A stretch of 64,000 nt of DNA, taken from positions 1 to 64,000 of IMG/VR virus record IMGVR_UViG_3300008117_004657, one strand, 5' to 3'. Position numbers and translations under genes: made by a program. This document shows positions 27,095 to 36,719 of the stretch, piece by piece (the stretch's first letter is position 1; every line of letters begins with the position of its first letter). The notes beneath the pieces were generated by a model. It ran no database searches. It saw only the letters and a list, made by a program, of their open reading frames with translations, and was not told the DNA's origin. The DNA comes from a virus.

Positions 27095-27952
27095 TTATGA
27101 ATTATAAAAAATTAAACTTTGTGGAGCAAATAAAACTTTATTTCCAATTTTTGGTGATCCCCACATGCCATTAAATTCATTATTTTGATCGTCTACAGGT
27201 ATAAAATTTAATTTACTTGTTAAAGAACTCAATACTTTAACCCTCTGTTTATAAACACTTTCAATATGAATTAAATCGATATTGGATAATTGACCCGTAT
27301 GATACAATAATTTCATATCAAACCCTTTTACATCATCAAATTCAATATTATCATACAATTTATAAAGATCACCTTCTTTACTTAACCAAATTTTCTTTTC
27401 AACTAATTGATCAAATAATTCTCTATAATCATCCAGTGTAGCAAATAGATACTCATCATTATAGATAAAATTTTTGTAATAATCAAATAACGAATCACTC
27501 TTTTCAAATATAAAAAAAGCCGTTTCTTCTAATAAATCAAATTCTTTATTTTGTTGGTGTTTTTTACAATGATTATATACAAAATTTAAAAAATTATCTT
27601 TAAGTTCTATATTTCTATCATTCCAAAGTTTTCTATGAAACATAGTTTTTGAACTAGCATTAAGTTGAAATGCAAATTCGTTTAGTTCAAAAAAACCTTC
27701 CATACCTTTATGTACAATCATTTCAACAAACTCAACATCAAAATGAGGAATGTTAAAGTGTAAAGGATAATAAAATTTATTTTCATTATATTCTTTTGTT
27801 GTAGTATCTACTCTACGTTTAACTCTAAAATCTGGATAGCGTTCAAGTAATAACTTTTCTCTAGACAAACGAATGTTTCTCAAATAGTCACTTATTTGAG
27901 TATATTCTGAACCATTCAAATATTCTAAATTGTTTACATCATAAAGTTTCAT
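27095..27952 (-). CDS. Hypothetical protein
   Basis: 285-aa ORF coupled to its neighbours; no motif recognised. Confidence 0.6.
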   Translation of the reverse strand: MKLYDVNNLEYLNGSEYTQISDYLRNIRLSREKLLLERYPDFRVKRRVDTTTKEYNENKFYYPLHFNIPHFDVEFVEMIVHKGMEGFFELNEFAFQLNASSKTMFHRKLWNDRNIELKDNFLNFVYNHCKKHQQNKEFDLLEETAFFIFEKSDSLFDYYKNFIYNDEYLFATLDDYRELFDQLVEKKIWLSKEGDLYKLYDNIEFDDVKGFDMKLLYHTGQLSNIDLIHIESVYKQRVKVLSSLTSKLNFIPVDDQNNEFNGMWGSPKIGNKVLFAPQSLIFYNS

Positions 27953-28874
27953 TTAATTCAACTTCAAAGCTAATTATGTTAAATTGACATTTTTTTTGTT
28001 GGCATTTTATAACTTTACCATTTAATAAATTTTTAGAAGGATCAAGAAAAATATTTCCTATTGGTTTTTGTTCATTTTCAAAACAACACATAGTAACATC
28101 TCCATTTCTATCTACCTCATAAGCTCGAACATTACAGTTTTTACCAGTAAATAATAATTTAGTTTCTTTATACATTTCATACTTACCTTTATTGTAAGGT
28201 AAAATAGAACCATCGATTTTATATATTACATCAAATTTATTTAAATATTTTTCAAATTTAGAATTCATATTAACTAATTGATTAATAGTTTCTAGAAGAT
28301 TACTGTTATCTAGAACCAGAGGTTGCAATTTCATATTTTTTAAAGAATCAAATACTTCCTCAATATAATCTATATCATTTAAATAATCGTTATCGGTAAA
28401 AAAGAATAAAGAAGAATATTTAAAATTATCATCAACCCATTTTACATTATTTTTAAATTGAACTTTATTTAAATTTTCAGTATGTAAAGTGCATGTTATT
28501 TTTACTTTATCTCCAAACTTTTTTAATAAATTTAGTCTTTTTTTAAAAAAAGTTGGTTTATGATCGGCATGAGTTATGATTGAAAATTTATGATCAGGAT
28601 GTGCATTAGTGTACAAATAATTTATTATTTCTTCAAAATTTTTATGTAAAAGAGGTTCTCCTCCTATCAATTCGATAATAATTTTTTTATTGTTCATAGA
28701 CATTATTTTTTCAAGTCCTCTGAGAACACCACTAATATCATTATTATAACGAACACCATTGGTGTCCGCAACATTGTAACAGTATGAACAACTCTTATCG
28801 CACAAAGTAAATAATTCAAATTCTACTAGAACATGATCTCCTATAAATTCATTATGTGTTTTTATATGTTTCAT
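27939..28874 (-). CDS. Radical SAM enzyme with Twitch-like C-terminus
   Basis: CDKSCSYC, GGEP, C...YEVDRNGDVTMCC...CQQKKC. Confidence 0.9.
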   Translation of the reverse strand: MKHIKTHNEFIGDHVLVEFELFTLCDKSCSYCYNVADTNGVRYNNDISGVLRGLEKIMSMNNKKIIIELIGGEPLLHKNFEEIINYLYTNAHPDHKFSIITHADHKPTFFKKRLNLLKKFGDKVKITCTLHTENLNKVQFKNNVKWVDDNFKYSSLFFFTDNDYLNDIDYIEEVFDSLKNMKLQPLVLDNSNLLETINQLVNMNSKFEKYLNKFDVIYKIDGSILPYNKGKYEMYKETKLLFTGKNCNVRAYEVDRNGDVTMCCFENEQKPIGNIFLDPSKNLLNGKVIKCQQKKCQFNIISFEVELNETL

Positions 28875-28885
28875 TTTGAAAAGTA

Positions 28886-29701
28886 TTATGACAAAGATTT
28901 TGCCTCTATACTTCGTTGAACAAATCTCATCAATTCATTGTAATATTGATCATCAGTCATTTCTCGACCAGTAATTTTAAAACTTTGTACTCCAACTTGT
29001 TTTAACTTTTTCATGGCATTAGGCATCAGATCCATACACTCGTATTTACTGTCTATATCTGGGTTAAATTTTGGCAACCAACATTCTTCTATTTCTCGAC
29101 TATAAGGTCTGCCTGCGGTATTTTCATCAGCGATAGCTTTAAAGTGTGCATCATAGTGTTTACATCCATAAACACAAGTATCATTTAACATAACTTCCCA
29201 TTTAGTTCTATCCAATTCGATAGTTCTAGGGTCAAATACATGCTCAAATCTAGGAACTATCCAATCATAATTTTTTTCGAGAACTTTAAAAAACTGAATA
29301 TCTTCATCCTGTAATGGAATATTCAGTTGTCCCATTCCAGTTATACTATAAATTAATTCATAATCTGGATAATTTGAACGAACATATTTTCTCAGATCAT
29401 CATTAACTATTATTAGTGCATTACCTTTTCGATGAAATTTTTCTAATAAATGATTACCAACTTCATCATTCAAATCTATCGTATGATTACTTAATGTTAA
29501 AGCTATACTTATACCTTTACTATAATAAAAATTCATTAGATTTTCATTATAGTAAACATCTCTGTTAATTCTACCACCATTCCATTTACATTTATTTACT
29601 CCATCATATACTAATATTTTTGTATTGTCTACAATTCTATTAGAAATAAATTTTATTATAGGAATGGTTTTACTGAAAGCACCAGCTATTAGGTATCTCA
29701 T
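28886..29701 (-). CDS. U32-family-like Fe-S protein
   Basis: EVMLNDTCVYGC...H, further Cys residues, and GVQSFKITGRE (compare U32 SLKIEGR). Confidence 0.7.
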   Translation of the reverse strand: MRYLIAGAFSKTIPIIKFISNRIVDNTKILVYDGVNKCKWNGGRINRDVYYNENLMNFYYSKGISIALTLSNHTIDLNDEVGNHLLEKFHRKGNALIIVNDDLRKYVRSNYPDYELIYSITGMGQLNIPLQDEDIQFFKVLEKNYDWIVPRFEHVFDPRTIELDRTKWEVMLNDTCVYGCKHYDAHFKAIADENTAGRPYSREIEECWLPKFNPDIDSKYECMDLMPNAMKKLKQVGVQSFKITGREMTDDQYYNELMRFVQRSIEAKSLS

Positions 29702-29709
29702 ATTCTATT

Positions 29710-30468
29710 CTACATTAAAAAACATTTAGGTTTTGGGCAAACGCCATCGGTTTTTATTCTATAACAACAGTTATATAAATCTAAGTTTGGCGCATAGAGA
29801 AAATATTTATCTTTATACAAACAAGGTTTCCCAAAAGTATTAAAGTTTGAATCTAACCACAATTCACTGCGTTGACGACCAAACCTATCGATATCCTCAA
29901 AATTAATTATCTTTTTATAAATCGAATTGTTTTTCAATGATTGATATTGTGAAAGTAAAGTATCACTATAACCATCTCCAAAGTCGGTAACTGGAGTCAA
30001 AAATAAATTGTCATGTGAAAAAGATTTTTTTATAGCAAAATAATAATCTATAGCTTCTTTTCCTGTGTACATAACATCTATGATTTTAATATTGACTTCA
30101 GTTTCTTTTAATCCGTCAACTATATCTTTTATTGATGTTTCTGTTGGATGAATACTAATATTAACTTTAAAAGGTTCTTTTATTTGTTCGATTATTTTTC
30201 GACTGTAATTACTAAAGTTTGTTTGTATAACAAAAGGTATACTAAATTCATTAAAAGTTTTTATTATAAATTCTATTTTAGGATGAACAAATGGTTCCCC
30301 ACCGAACACAAAAATCTCTACATTAGGATATTTTTCTCCTAAAGTTTTTATAAAACTTTTTATTTTTTCTTCATCCAATTCTGGTCTTATACTGGGGTCC
30401 AAATTCGTACAATATACGCATTTATAATTACACTTAAGTGTAATTTCCCATTCAACAATTTTATTCAT
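29710..30468 (-). CDS. Radical SAM enzyme with Twitch-like C-terminus
   Basis: CNYKCVYC, FGGEPF, QTN, SIHP, GKPC...NCC...CPKPKC. Confidence 0.9.
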   Translation of the reverse strand: MNKIVEWEITLKCNYKCVYCTNLDPSIRPELDEEKIKSFIKTLGEKYPNVEIFVFGGEPFVHPKIEFIIKTFNEFSIPFVIQTNFSNYSRKIIEQIKEPFKVNISIHPTETSIKDIVDGLKETEVNIKIIDVMYTGKEAIDYYFAIKKSFSHDNLFLTPVTDFGDGYSDTLLSQYQSLKNNSIYKKIINFEDIDRFGRQRSELWLDSNFNTFGKPCLYKDKYFLYAPNLDLYNCCYRIKTDGVCPKPKCFLM

Positions 30469-31363
30469 TTTTTATTTTTAATTGTTTTAAAAGACCATCA
30501 CAATTACAAGCTTTATGTGGACAAATCATAGGAATAGTTTTCGTAATATTTTTAAAAAAATCTCTATTACTTAAAAGATTCACATTATCAGTTTTAGGCA
30601 TACAAAATTTTACTACGTTGCCTTTAACATCAATTTCATAATTATTATTGTAACAACTCCATCCCTTGAAGTTTGTCATCTTATCTCTAAAGATAATATA
30701 GTCATTAAAAAAATCGTCATCATATTTGAGTTCTTTTTCATAAGACTCTAAAAAAGAAAAATATTCCCAAAAATCTTTTCTATAATTAAACAATTTTGTA
30801 ATACTGTTGCCGTATAAAAAATGTGGATGCACTTTTAAATTAGGTATTTTTTCTAAAGTTTCAAACATGTTTTTTATTTTTGGCCAAAGTTTTTTATCAT
30901 GATGTAACATTACATTAACTTTACACTTATAACCTCTATTCAACATGTGATTTATATTATTTAAAAATCTATTTTCGTCAGTACAATCAGCTGGGTGATA
31001 ACTAAACAAAAATGCCAGTCTATCATAATCTGGGTGAGTTGTCAAATCTTTTTCAGCATTAGTAACAACATATACCCAATTAAATTTTTCCATTTTACTA
31101 ATTGAATCTAAAATATAATAGTAATGTGGACCTAGAGTTGGTTCACCACCTAATAATCCAAGATTAAAATTTAGACTGCTTCGATTTAGAGCGTCCAAAA
31201 CTGCATCTATTACTGTTTTGCTCGATAACTTACCCCATTCTTTACCATATTCATTTCTAGCGTAACAATAAGAACATTTAAGTTGACAGATAGTTAAACT
31301 GTCCCAATGAATATTAATGTGATCTGGATCTTGATCTTTATGATGTTGTATTTTATACTTCAT
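30461..31363 (-). CDS. Radical SAM enzyme with Twitch-like C-terminus
   Basis: CQLKCSYC, LGGEPT, VTN, SYHP, GWSC...KFC...CPHKACNCDG. Confidence 0.9.
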   Translation of the reverse strand: MKYKIQHHKDQDPDHINIHWDSLTICQLKCSYCYARNEYGKEWGKLSSKTVIDAVLDALNRSSLNFNLGLLGGEPTLGPHYYYILDSISKMEKFNWVYVVTNAEKDLTTHPDYDRLAFLFSYHPADCTDENRFLNNINHMLNRGYKCKVNVMLHHDKKLWPKIKNMFETLEKIPNLKVHPHFLYGNSITKLFNYRKDFWEYFSFLESYEKELKYDDDFFNDYIIFRDKMTNFKGWSCYNNNYEIDVKGNVVKFCMPKTDNVNLLSNRDFFKNITKTIPMICPHKACNCDGLLKQLKIKNE

Positions 31364-32024
31364 ATTTTTTTAAAAAATCTAAAGACGAGGTTATGTTTAT
31401 ATCTTTTTTTGTGTCTGGAAAAGATATATTATCATTCCCATCTTTTGTCTGATAAAAAAACACTTTACCAGTAGTTCTAAATGATTTAGAGTTACCTGAA
31501 GCGTGATAAACTAATCTGATATCATTATGTATATTGTTGTCTTTACCAAATAAAAAATCACCTATAACTTCTTTATTAAATATAAATTGTCCTAATTGTA
31601 GATGTTCAAGATTCAATTTATTTAAAAAATCAATTTTGTTGTTAATATTTTCGTCTTTAAACATATTTACTATTTCTAATAAATTGTCAGGTTTGTAAGT
31701 TGGATAGTAATTTCCTGCTATTATATCAGAATCAAATTCTTGATTAAAAAAATCATTTCTCAAATAATCATCATCTTCCAAAAAATAGATATATTTACCT
31801 TTTGATTGTAAAAATAAAAATTCGTATATACTTGATAAGTTATCAAATTTTTTATAAAAATATTTGACATTAGGATTTAAAATTTCTTCAATATCACAAC
31901 TATCATTATTTACAATAATTTCTGTTTGGGGTGTTATTTGAGATAAAACCGATTTTATACATCTATCGAATAAAGTGGGTCTTTTGTGGGTTAATAATAA
32001 AATAGAAAGTTCAACATTTAACAT
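31353..32024 (-). CDS. Glycosyltransferase family 2 (GT-A)
   Basis: SILLLTHKRP..F.RCIKSVLSQ, EIIVNND, GKYIYFLEDDD. Confidence 0.85.
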   Translation of the reverse strand: MLNVELSILLLTHKRPTLFDRCIKSVLSQITPQTEIIVNNDSCDIEEILNPNVKYFYKKFDNLSSIYEFLFLQSKGKYIYFLEDDDYLRNDFFNQEFDSDIIAGNYYPTYKPDNLLEIVNMFKDENINNKIDFLNKLNLEHLQLGQFIFNKEVIGDFLFGKDNNIHNDIRLVYHASGNSKSFRTTGKVFFYQTKDGNDNISFPDTKKDINITSSLDFLKKYEV

Positions 32025-33013
32025 ACAATTTTTATCTTCTCACCCAAGATAGGATTAAGATTGACCTTTCCTTTTAGTTCATTTTCTACACCATCACAAA
32101 CATAAAAATATTTACATTTTAAACATTCTTCAGTTTTAAAACAACTATAAATTCTCAAACGATCTGCTTCAGAAAAACACTGATCCACTTTTTGTTCATG
32201 TGTGTAAGAAATTTTAGTATTTAAAGTTTCATTATAAACTGCTTTATTCCAATCCTTCATATCATATATGTGATGATAATGATTTTTTATATACTTTTCT
32301 TTTGATGGCATGAAGCAGTAAGGAAAATATCTAGCGTTTACTTCAACAAAATCTTTTAATTGATCAATATAATCAGATACATGTGAACAAATAATTTCAT
32401 AATTTATAGGTTGAAAATCTTTATTGTCTCTCCAATAATTTAAAGCTATAAAATTTACCTGTGAAGGGCTTAAAGACTTTATAAATGAGGTATCTATTTT
32501 ATCAAAGTTTTCATGATATATTGTTGTGTTTAACCTAACTTCGATATTTAATTTGTGTGAGTTTTCGACAGCTTTAATTAAATTATTAAAAGCTCCTTTT
32601 TTACCTACAATTTTGTCATGAATATTTTCATCCGTACAATGCAAACTAAAAAGTATTTCTCTTAATCCTAAATCATAACTTTTTCTTATAAAATCTTCAT
32701 CACTAAATTTTCCTCCATGACTAAGGCAACTGATTCTATCGAATTTATTTCGACAGTAATTTAATATATTAAACCAGTTTGGTTCAACGCTACTTTCACC
32801 ACCACTTAGATCGATTTCTCTTATGCCATAATCAAGTAAATAATCTATTCTTTTGTATATTTTTTCAAGTTCATCTCTTTCAGTCAAACTATTTTTATAG
32901 TAACAAAATTCACATTTATAATTACAAAGTTTACCTGTGTCCAATTTAGCCCTACTATTAATAGGTCTATTATAATCAACAGTAACTTTATTAACACTTA
33001 ATTTGTTCATCAA
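32018..33013 (-). CDS. Radical SAM enzyme with C-terminal CxxCx5C cluster
   Basis: CNYKCEFC, SGGES, FPYCF, K.EECLKCKYFYVCDG. Confidence 0.9.
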   Translation of the reverse strand: MMNKLSVNKVTVDYNRPINSRAKLDTGKLCNYKCEFCYYKNSLTERDELEKIYKRIDYLLDYGIREIDLSGGESSVEPNWFNILNYCRNKFDRISCLSHGGKFSDEDFIRKSYDLGLREILFSLHCTDENIHDKIVGKKGAFNNLIKAVENSHKLNIEVRLNTTIYHENFDKIDTSFIKSLSPSQVNFIALNYWRDNKDFQPINYEIICSHVSDYIDQLKDFVEVNARYFPYCFMPSKEKYIKNHYHHIYDMKDWNKAVYNETLNTKISYTHEQKVDQCFSEADRLRIYSCFKTEECLKCKYFYVCDGVENELKGKVNLNPILGEKIKIVC

Positions 33014-33869
33014 TGTACTTTATTAAAAGGTCATCTTTTGTTAGGGACGTGTTTTGAATACCATCTTTTTTCCTAACTTCCAGTGCCTTATCATAATAAT
33101 CTACATCATAAATAATTTCTTTATCATAATACATACACTCCAAAATAAATCTACTAGAACAATCTTTTTTACCTGGCAGTTTGGTATAAACATATGTAGA
33201 AAACTTGTTCCACATATCAGGCACAGGAACTTTATATGTATTAAAATTTTGGTATAATTCTGGTTTATTCGTAAAAATTATACTATCTTTAATTGAATAT
33301 TTATTGATGACTTCAGTTAAATCTTCTTGTGGTAAGAATCGACTAACATCAGTTAAATAAAACATGGAAGAGTTTTCAATTTTTCCATCTATAGTTTTGA
33401 ATTTAGAATATAAAATTTTCTTTTTATAATCTATAACATTTAGTCCTTCTGGTATATCATCATATATCTCAAAATCTTGAAATAGATGGCTTGAAAATTT
33501 TTTATTTGAATAATAACTGAAATCTTTCTCATGACATCTTAAAAGAAAAAAGTTGTCACAATAAATTTCAGAATTATTAAACTTGGAATATCCGTCAACT
33601 ATTAATAAATTTTTCGTTAATAATAGTTTTGGATAAGGATGATAGACTAAATTTTCAATGGTTAAATCATGGTATTTCGATTTTAAAGCTATATTGAATT
33701 CTTCAATAGTCGTACCATCAGACAATAATATACAAGGATTTAAATTTGTCCAATTTTTTATAGCCCAATAGTATTCAATCATTTCAAATAAATGGCCACA
33801 AATACCAAATTTAAAGTTATATGAAGTGGTTATTACCAAATCATAACTTCTCAAATTAATTAAAGACAC
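32991..33869 (-). CDS. Hypothetical protein, possibly GT-B glycosyltransferase-like
   Basis: N-terminal GICGH..E and C-terminal DCSSRFILECMYYDKEII resemble the GT-B donor-binding E-x7-E region. Confidence 0.4.
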   Translation of the reverse strand: MSLINLRSYDLVITTSYNFKFGICGHLFEMIEYYWAIKNWTNLNPCILLSDGTTIEEFNIALKSKYHDLTIENLVYHPYPKLLLTKNLLIVDGYSKFNNSEIYCDNFFLLRCHEKDFSYYSNKKFSSHLFQDFEIYDDIPEGLNVIDYKKKILYSKFKTIDGKIENSSMFYLTDVSRFLPQEDLTEVINKYSIKDSIIFTNKPELYQNFNTYKVPVPDMWNKFSTYVYTKLPGKKDCSSRFILECMYYDKEIIYDVDYYDKALEVRKKDGIQNTSLTKDDLLIKYIDEQIKC

Positions 33870-33875
33870 TTAAAA

Positions 33876-34979
33876 TTATTTCAAAATAATTTGATCTATA
33901 CTAAGTGGATTGTATCCTAGATACTCAAAAAAGTTTTTTGGAACTTGATTTACAACATCTTGTTTTAAATTGTTGTCTAAAATATTTTTAACATATTCAG
34001 ATTTTAGTACATCAAAAAATAAATTTAAATTTTGATTCAAGTCAAAATTTGAAAAAATTTCTTGAAAATTGTCGATAGAGAAATTTTCTATAGATGAAGA
34101 TTCGCATTTAAATAATTCAAATTCGTTTATAATACTATTATAATTTGATAATTGATTTCTCAAAAAAATTTCTTTGTCGTCAAGTAAAAATTTTTCGTTT
34201 TTTAAATAATCTTCATATTTAATATTGATTACATTTGGTAAAGATTTTACTAATACCATATTAAAGATAGAAAAAATAAAATTTTTAAACTTATTATTTT
34301 TTTTAATATAATCTTCTTCATACCTTATTGCATCAAAATTATAATCTAAATTATTTATGAAAGAGCAAACACTAGGATTTCTTATAATATTTAAAACTCT
34401 AACATTTTCTTCTCCTAGTTCTTCTTTAACTTTTTGTATAAAAGATGGTGAAAATATTCCTGTCCATATATTATATGAATTTTTTTCTTTAAAAGAATTT
34501 AAGATATTCTGATACTCTAACGCATTGGATATTAAAATTTTTTTAATATCTTCATTAGAATAAATATCTTTATACCTAGAGTTTGATTGTAGATTTGTTA
34601 TTTCATCTTCCATTAAAACAAAAGATTCAAGATTGTAAAAAAAACTATCAAGATTGGTAGTTATCCAAGAAACTTCAATATGGTTTTCATTAAAAATTTT
34701 ATCTGTTAGTTCAATATTAAATTCTTCTATCCTTTGTATTAAAGAATAATTTTTTTGTTTTAATTCATCATCTTCAACATTCAGTAAACCATAATTTATT
34801 TTTCCTAAAGATTCATTATTACAATATACATTTTTTTGTTCAGAATCAAAAATTATAAAATCATCGTTTCTATATTTTACGGTATATTCATCAAATTCCC
34901 AAACTTTTTCGGCGTCAAGAATACTTCTAGATATGTATTTTAGATTTACAGTTTTAGGACCATTTATTAAGGTTATCAA
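33876..34979 (-). CDS. Hypothetical protein, degenerate sulfotransferase/P-loop-like fold
   Basis: N-terminal LINGPKT, LNIIRNPS, INIKYEDY and a C-terminal YLGY. Confidence 0.5.
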   Translation of the reverse strand: MITLINGPKTVNLKYISRSILDAEKVWEFDEYTVKYRNDDFIIFDSEQKNVYCNNESLGKINYGLLNVEDDELKQKNYSLIQRIEEFNIELTDKIFNENHIEVSWITTNLDSFFYNLESFVLMEDEITNLQSNSRYKDIYSNEDIKKILISNALEYQNILNSFKEKNSYNIWTGIFSPSFIQKVKEELGEENVRVLNIIRNPSVCSFINNLDYNFDAIRYEEDYIKKNNKFKNFIFSIFNMVLVKSLPNVINIKYEDYLKNEKFLLDDKEIFLRNQLSNYNSIINEFELFKCESSSIENFSIDNFQEIFSNFDLNQNLNLFFDVLKSEYVKNILDNNLKQDVVNQVPKNFFEYLGYNPLSIDQIILK

Positions 34980-34981
34980 AA

Positions 34982-35401
34982 TTATCTCCTTAAGTAAGAC
35001 TCAATAATTTCATTAACACTTTTCTCATCATTTAAATCTGGTAAAACTTTTAATTTATCAATTATATTATAAAATTCGTCTTTTTTTTCTTGTAATTGTT
35101 TAATTGAATCCATAAGGTTGATATATTTTTCCAACTTATTAATAAGTTCAACATCGCCTGTTTCTATAATTTTGATATAAACTTCTTCTCTAAGTTCTTC
35201 GGTTATGATGTATCCCTTTGAAGCCAGTTCATTGTTAATAGTCATAAAACTGACGAAATCCAATAATTTAAACGTCAAAAGTTCATCACCAAAAATTCCT
35301 CTAGCTTTTGTTTTACATGCTAGAGCAGCTTTACCCGCATAAGTATTCGCGTCTATACCTTCAATTTCAACTCGTTTTTCTTCCATAAAATTTATCTCCA
35401 C
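34982..35401 (-). CDS. Hypothetical helical protein immediately downstream of the Cys-rich fibre gene
   Basis: 139-aa ORF; no motif recognised. Confidence 0.6.
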   Translation of the reverse strand: MEINFMEEKRVEIEGIDANTYAGKAALACKTKARGIFGDELLTFKLLDFVSFMTINNELASKGYIITEELREEVYIKIIETGDVELINKLEKYINLMDSIKQLQEKKDEFYNIIDKLKVLPDLNDEKSVNEIIESYLRR

Positions 35402-35410
35402 TATTAATAA

Positions 35411-36337
35411 TTATTTAATCTCAAAAGGAAGTTCAGAATAATTAACCATATAAAAACCATTTTTGGTCATATAAACAGCATTAGAATATTTTGTTTTTAG
35501 AAGTTCTTGGGCCATAACACCGACAAAAGTCTCATTACTCCAAATATAAGAAAAACTGTAAACATTAATTCCAAAAATATTCTTCAAATATTTAATATTC
35601 CTTTTCAATCGTCTGTCACTATAATTACAATTGCATGTGCAAGAATAATTGCAGTTACATGTACAATAATTACAGTTACATGTACAATAATTACAGTTAC
35701 ATAAACATACTGCGCCAGCATCTTTTACTTTTTTAATTAAAGCATTAATGTCTGTCGCACTTATTCTAGTTGATAGTTGTGCGTTATTAGTGGTAGATAT
35801 ACCGGCAAATCCAGTAACAAAACCTGCTACCGAAATTGCAGGACCTCGGTCTACTTGTGGATTAGTAGTATTTGGTCCACCCCAGAGTTCAACACCACCA
35901 AAAGCTACAAATTGAGTGCCGTTAGGAAAAATTCGTTGCGTTAATTGAGAACCCGAACTTACAACACTTTCTCCTCCGGATGACGATGTAGTTATGAGAC
36001 CAAATGTCCTAGCTCCCGTTCTCTCTATCGAGGCTTTTAAATTATTTATTTGGGACGATGTTATGGAAGTGCCGGAACTGACAGTTGATCCTGACGGTGC
36101 AGAAAGTCCTCGCCTAGTACATTCAGACGCATAAGCGGTTCTAATAGCATTTATTGATGCAGCCCCAATTAACGATCCTGCTGTAACATCAGTCAAAGAA
36201 TAAGTTGTAGCAACTGCAGCGCCATTATAAACGTTTGCTTTTACTATGTAGGTTCCACTAGCATCGTTGTCAGGGTTGTAACCCTTTGCATGACCAGAGG
36301 AAGCAGGAGGTCTTTTTTTGGAAGATGAATACGGCAT
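35411..36337 (-). CDS. Cys-repeat fibre-like protein with C-terminal peptidase S74-type intramolecular chaperone; putative radical SAM substrate
   Basis: Ser/Thr/Gly-rich body, then CLCNCNYCTCNCNYCTCNCNYSCTCNCNY, then SDRRLKRNI...GINVYSF.Y...VGVMAQEL...GFYMVNYSEL. Confidence 0.85.
   Translation of the reverse strand: MPYSSSKKRPPASSGHAKGYNPDNDASGTYIVKANVYNGAAVATTYSLTDVTAGSLIGAASINAIRTAYASECTRRGLSAPSGSTVSSGTSITSSQINNLKASIERTGARTFGLITTSSSGGESVVSSGSQLTQRIFPNGTQFVAFGGVELWGGPNTTNPQVDRGPAISVAGFVTGFAGISTTNNAQLSTRISATDINALIKKVKDAGAVCLCNCNYCTCNCNYCTCNCNYSCTCNCNYSDRRLKRNIKYLKNIFGINVYSFSYIWSNETFVGVMAQELLKTKYSNAVYMTKNGFYMVNYSELPFEIK
35621..35707 (-). repeat. Four 21-nt/7-aa CxCNCNY coding repeats (12 Cys in 29 aa)
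   Basis: cagttacatgtacaataatta occurs as exact tandem copies, with synonymously diverged flanking units. Confidence 0.95.
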
Positions 36338-36338
36338 A

Positions 36339-36719
36339 TTAAATCTCTTTTGATAAGAAGTTTAAATTATCTTTAACTTTATTTTCTTCTAAAAATTTTT
36401 CATAATCATCAACATCAACAGTAGATGATAAAAAGTCCATAGTTTCTTTATCGGGTTCTTTATCTGACAAAGAATCTTCTGAAGATTCTTTAATTATATA
36501 CATCACCATTTCTTCTAAAGAAAAACCTAAAATGTTAGAAACAAGATTTATTTGATCGGAAATATCTAAAGTTCCTTTAAAGTCCTCTTTAGAAATAGTT
36601 TCCAGAACATTTATTGATAGACCTAATCCATCCAATAATACTCTACCCGCAACATTATCTTCTTCAGATATCTCACCCATAAGTCTAATTATTTCTTCTA
36701 TTTTTTCAGTGGTTTTCAT
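36339..36719 (-). CDS. Acidic hypothetical protein
   Basis: 126-aa D/E-rich ORF coupled between a radical SAM gene and the Cys-rich gene. Confidence 0.6.
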   Translation of the reverse strand: MKTTEKIEEIIRLMGEISEEDNVAGRVLLDGLGLSINVLETISKEDFKGTLDISDQINLVSNILGFSLEEMVMYIIKESSEDSLSDKEPDKETMDFLSSTVDVDDYEKFLEENKVKDNLNFLSKEI

